From sequence record CP025907.1: a stretch of 31,521 bases of DNA, one strand, 5' to 3'. Below the pieces are notes generated by a model. That model saw nothing but the letters and a program-made list of their open reading frames with translations. It was not told where the DNA came from and did not search any database. Position 1 is the first letter of the stretch. Each line of letters opens with the position of its first letter. This stretch comes from Escherichia phage 204576. The translations under genes and the position numbers were made by a program. Below, piece after piece: positions 30,349-31,521 of this stretch.

Positions 30349-30747
30349 GTGGCAAAAGTTTTTACACAAGAAGAGCGGGAAAAAATTAAAGGACAGGTTG
30401 TTGAACTCGTACGCCAGAGTGGGCGTGAGACGTTACGGCAACTGGAAGTCAAGACAGGTGCGACAAGATATCTGATGAGCGTTCTCGCAAGAGAGCTGGT
30501 TGCCAGCGGCGATGTATACAACTCTGGTTACGGGTTATTCCCGTCTGAACAGGCGCGTAAGGACTGGCAAAATGCCCGTAAAAAGCTCTCAAGGGCAAAG
30601 CTGAAGAAACCATCTGCGGTTGATCCGGACCTTATCTGGTCATTACCTGACGGAGAAATACGTCGCTACGACAGGCGTCAGAACATAATCTGTCGCGAGT
30701 GCGGAAGAGTGAAGTTATGCAGCGCATATTGTCGTTTTATCAGGTGA
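30349..30747 (+). CDS. Hypothetical protein with C-terminal Cys cluster (CRECG...C..C)
   Basis: GTG start 5 nt after AGGAGG; 132 aa; no family recognised. Confidence 0.5.
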   Translation: MAKVFTQEEREKIKGQVVELVRQSGRETLRQLEVKTGATRYLMSVLARELVASGDVYNSGYGLFPSEQARKDWQNARKKLSRAKLKKPSAVDPDLIWSLPDGEIRRYDRRQNIICRECGRVKLCSAYCRFIR

Positions 30748-30915
30748 TGTTCGGTATTTATTGAAGTGACGAGATTAAAGTGCATTAGTTCAGATGCAAA
30801 TTGACATTTTGTGGCACAGGGTAGAGCTAGCGTGGTTGTCCGCTTTGTGCCAACAGCGGACATTATAGATGGTATATGTAGAAAGTGAACATGCGTAGAT
30901 TGTATGATTTAGCCG

Positions 30916-31152
30916 TCACTTAATTATTGGATAACTCACACAAGTATGACCGTTGCTTATCGCATACATTTGGTTTCCCTTAAGATTTACAAATGGAAAT
31001 GTCGTATACTCATAATTTATAGAGGTCATATTAAATGTAAGGAATTTATCTTCAAGTTCTAATTTTGTAGAGTGGGCAGGGTATGTTCCTTCATTTTCAT
31101 TGTGATAATAAACCGATAGGAAAAAAATGTAAAGCACAAATAAATGCCACAT
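30916..31152 (-). CDS. Hypothetical small protein with hydrophobic N-terminus inside the AT-rich terminal segment
   Basis: ORF only (78 aa), LFVLYIFFLSVYY hydrophobic stretch; low GC. Confidence 0.25.
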   Translation of the reverse strand: MWHLFVLYIFFLSVYYHNENEGTYPAHSTKLELEDKFLTFNMTSINYEYTTFPFVNLKGNQMYAISNGHTCVSYPIIK

Positions 31153-31521
31153 GTCCTTCGTTCATAAATGCTACACTTTGAGCGGATATGTGCATTCTGT
31201 GTGGGTAAAACCAGTAGTAAATATCATGAGTTTCTCAAAACTTGAATTTTTACCCAAAACATAATCCTTTAAAGGTGTATAGAAGGGGCTATCTACGGGT
31301 TCTTTTTTACAATCTTCAACTGAAGTTGCTGATAGCACGTGCCCAATCATAGCCTTAGTGAAAGATATGCTATCAAAGGTATTCTAATGAATGGATATAC
31401 ATTCATACCATTCATATATCGACTTAACTGTTCTTTAAAGGACTTTGTTACATTTTCAATTGCAACATCGAGCCCACCTAATACCTTATTGTTACAGTGG
31501 CTGCAAATGGTTCTGAAATAA

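Noticed and set aside
30790-30870. Possible tRNA because of a GGTAGAGC D-loop-like motif and a nearby hairpin
   Set aside because: No T-loop (GTTCGAAT/GTTCAAAT) at the right distance, no 7-bp acceptor pairing and no anticodon arm could be folded by eye; a covariance search would be needed to revive it.

Overview
This window is a near-complete lambda-like (lambdoid) phage genome segment in virion gene order. It runs from the portal/head genes (B-C/Nu3-D-E-FI-FII), through the tail genes (Z-U-V-G/T-H-M-L-K-I-J), lom and the side tail fibre pair stf/tfa, to a low-GC methyltransferase cargo gene flanked by a duplicated tfa 3' end. It then continues through an apparently intact attP, int/xis (minus strand), a leftward early operon with a DEDDh-type exonuclease and a ydfA/ydfB/ydfC-dicF-dicB-like module (Qin-prophage type), a cI-like/Cro-like immunity region, a YdaT-like gene, and a replication initiator gene with internal iterons. 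The window ends in an abrupt AT-rich segment of unknown function. The structural module is clearly lambda-related by direct protein comparison from memory (D, E, FII, Z, U, V, G, T, H, M, L, K, I, J, Lom, Stf, Tfa), while the early region is Rac/Qin-like, so the genome is mosaic. Most structural genes and several early genes are split across reading frames by single-base indels, which indicates either indel-type sequencing errors or a decaying prophage. I could not run any searches; all homology statements are from recalled sequences and motifs, and hand-derived coordinates may be off by a few bases. The most interesting candidates are the methyltransferase cassette, the dicF/dicB module, the zinc-ribbon DEDDh exonuclease without an annealase partner, and the truncated AT-rich island at the 3' end.
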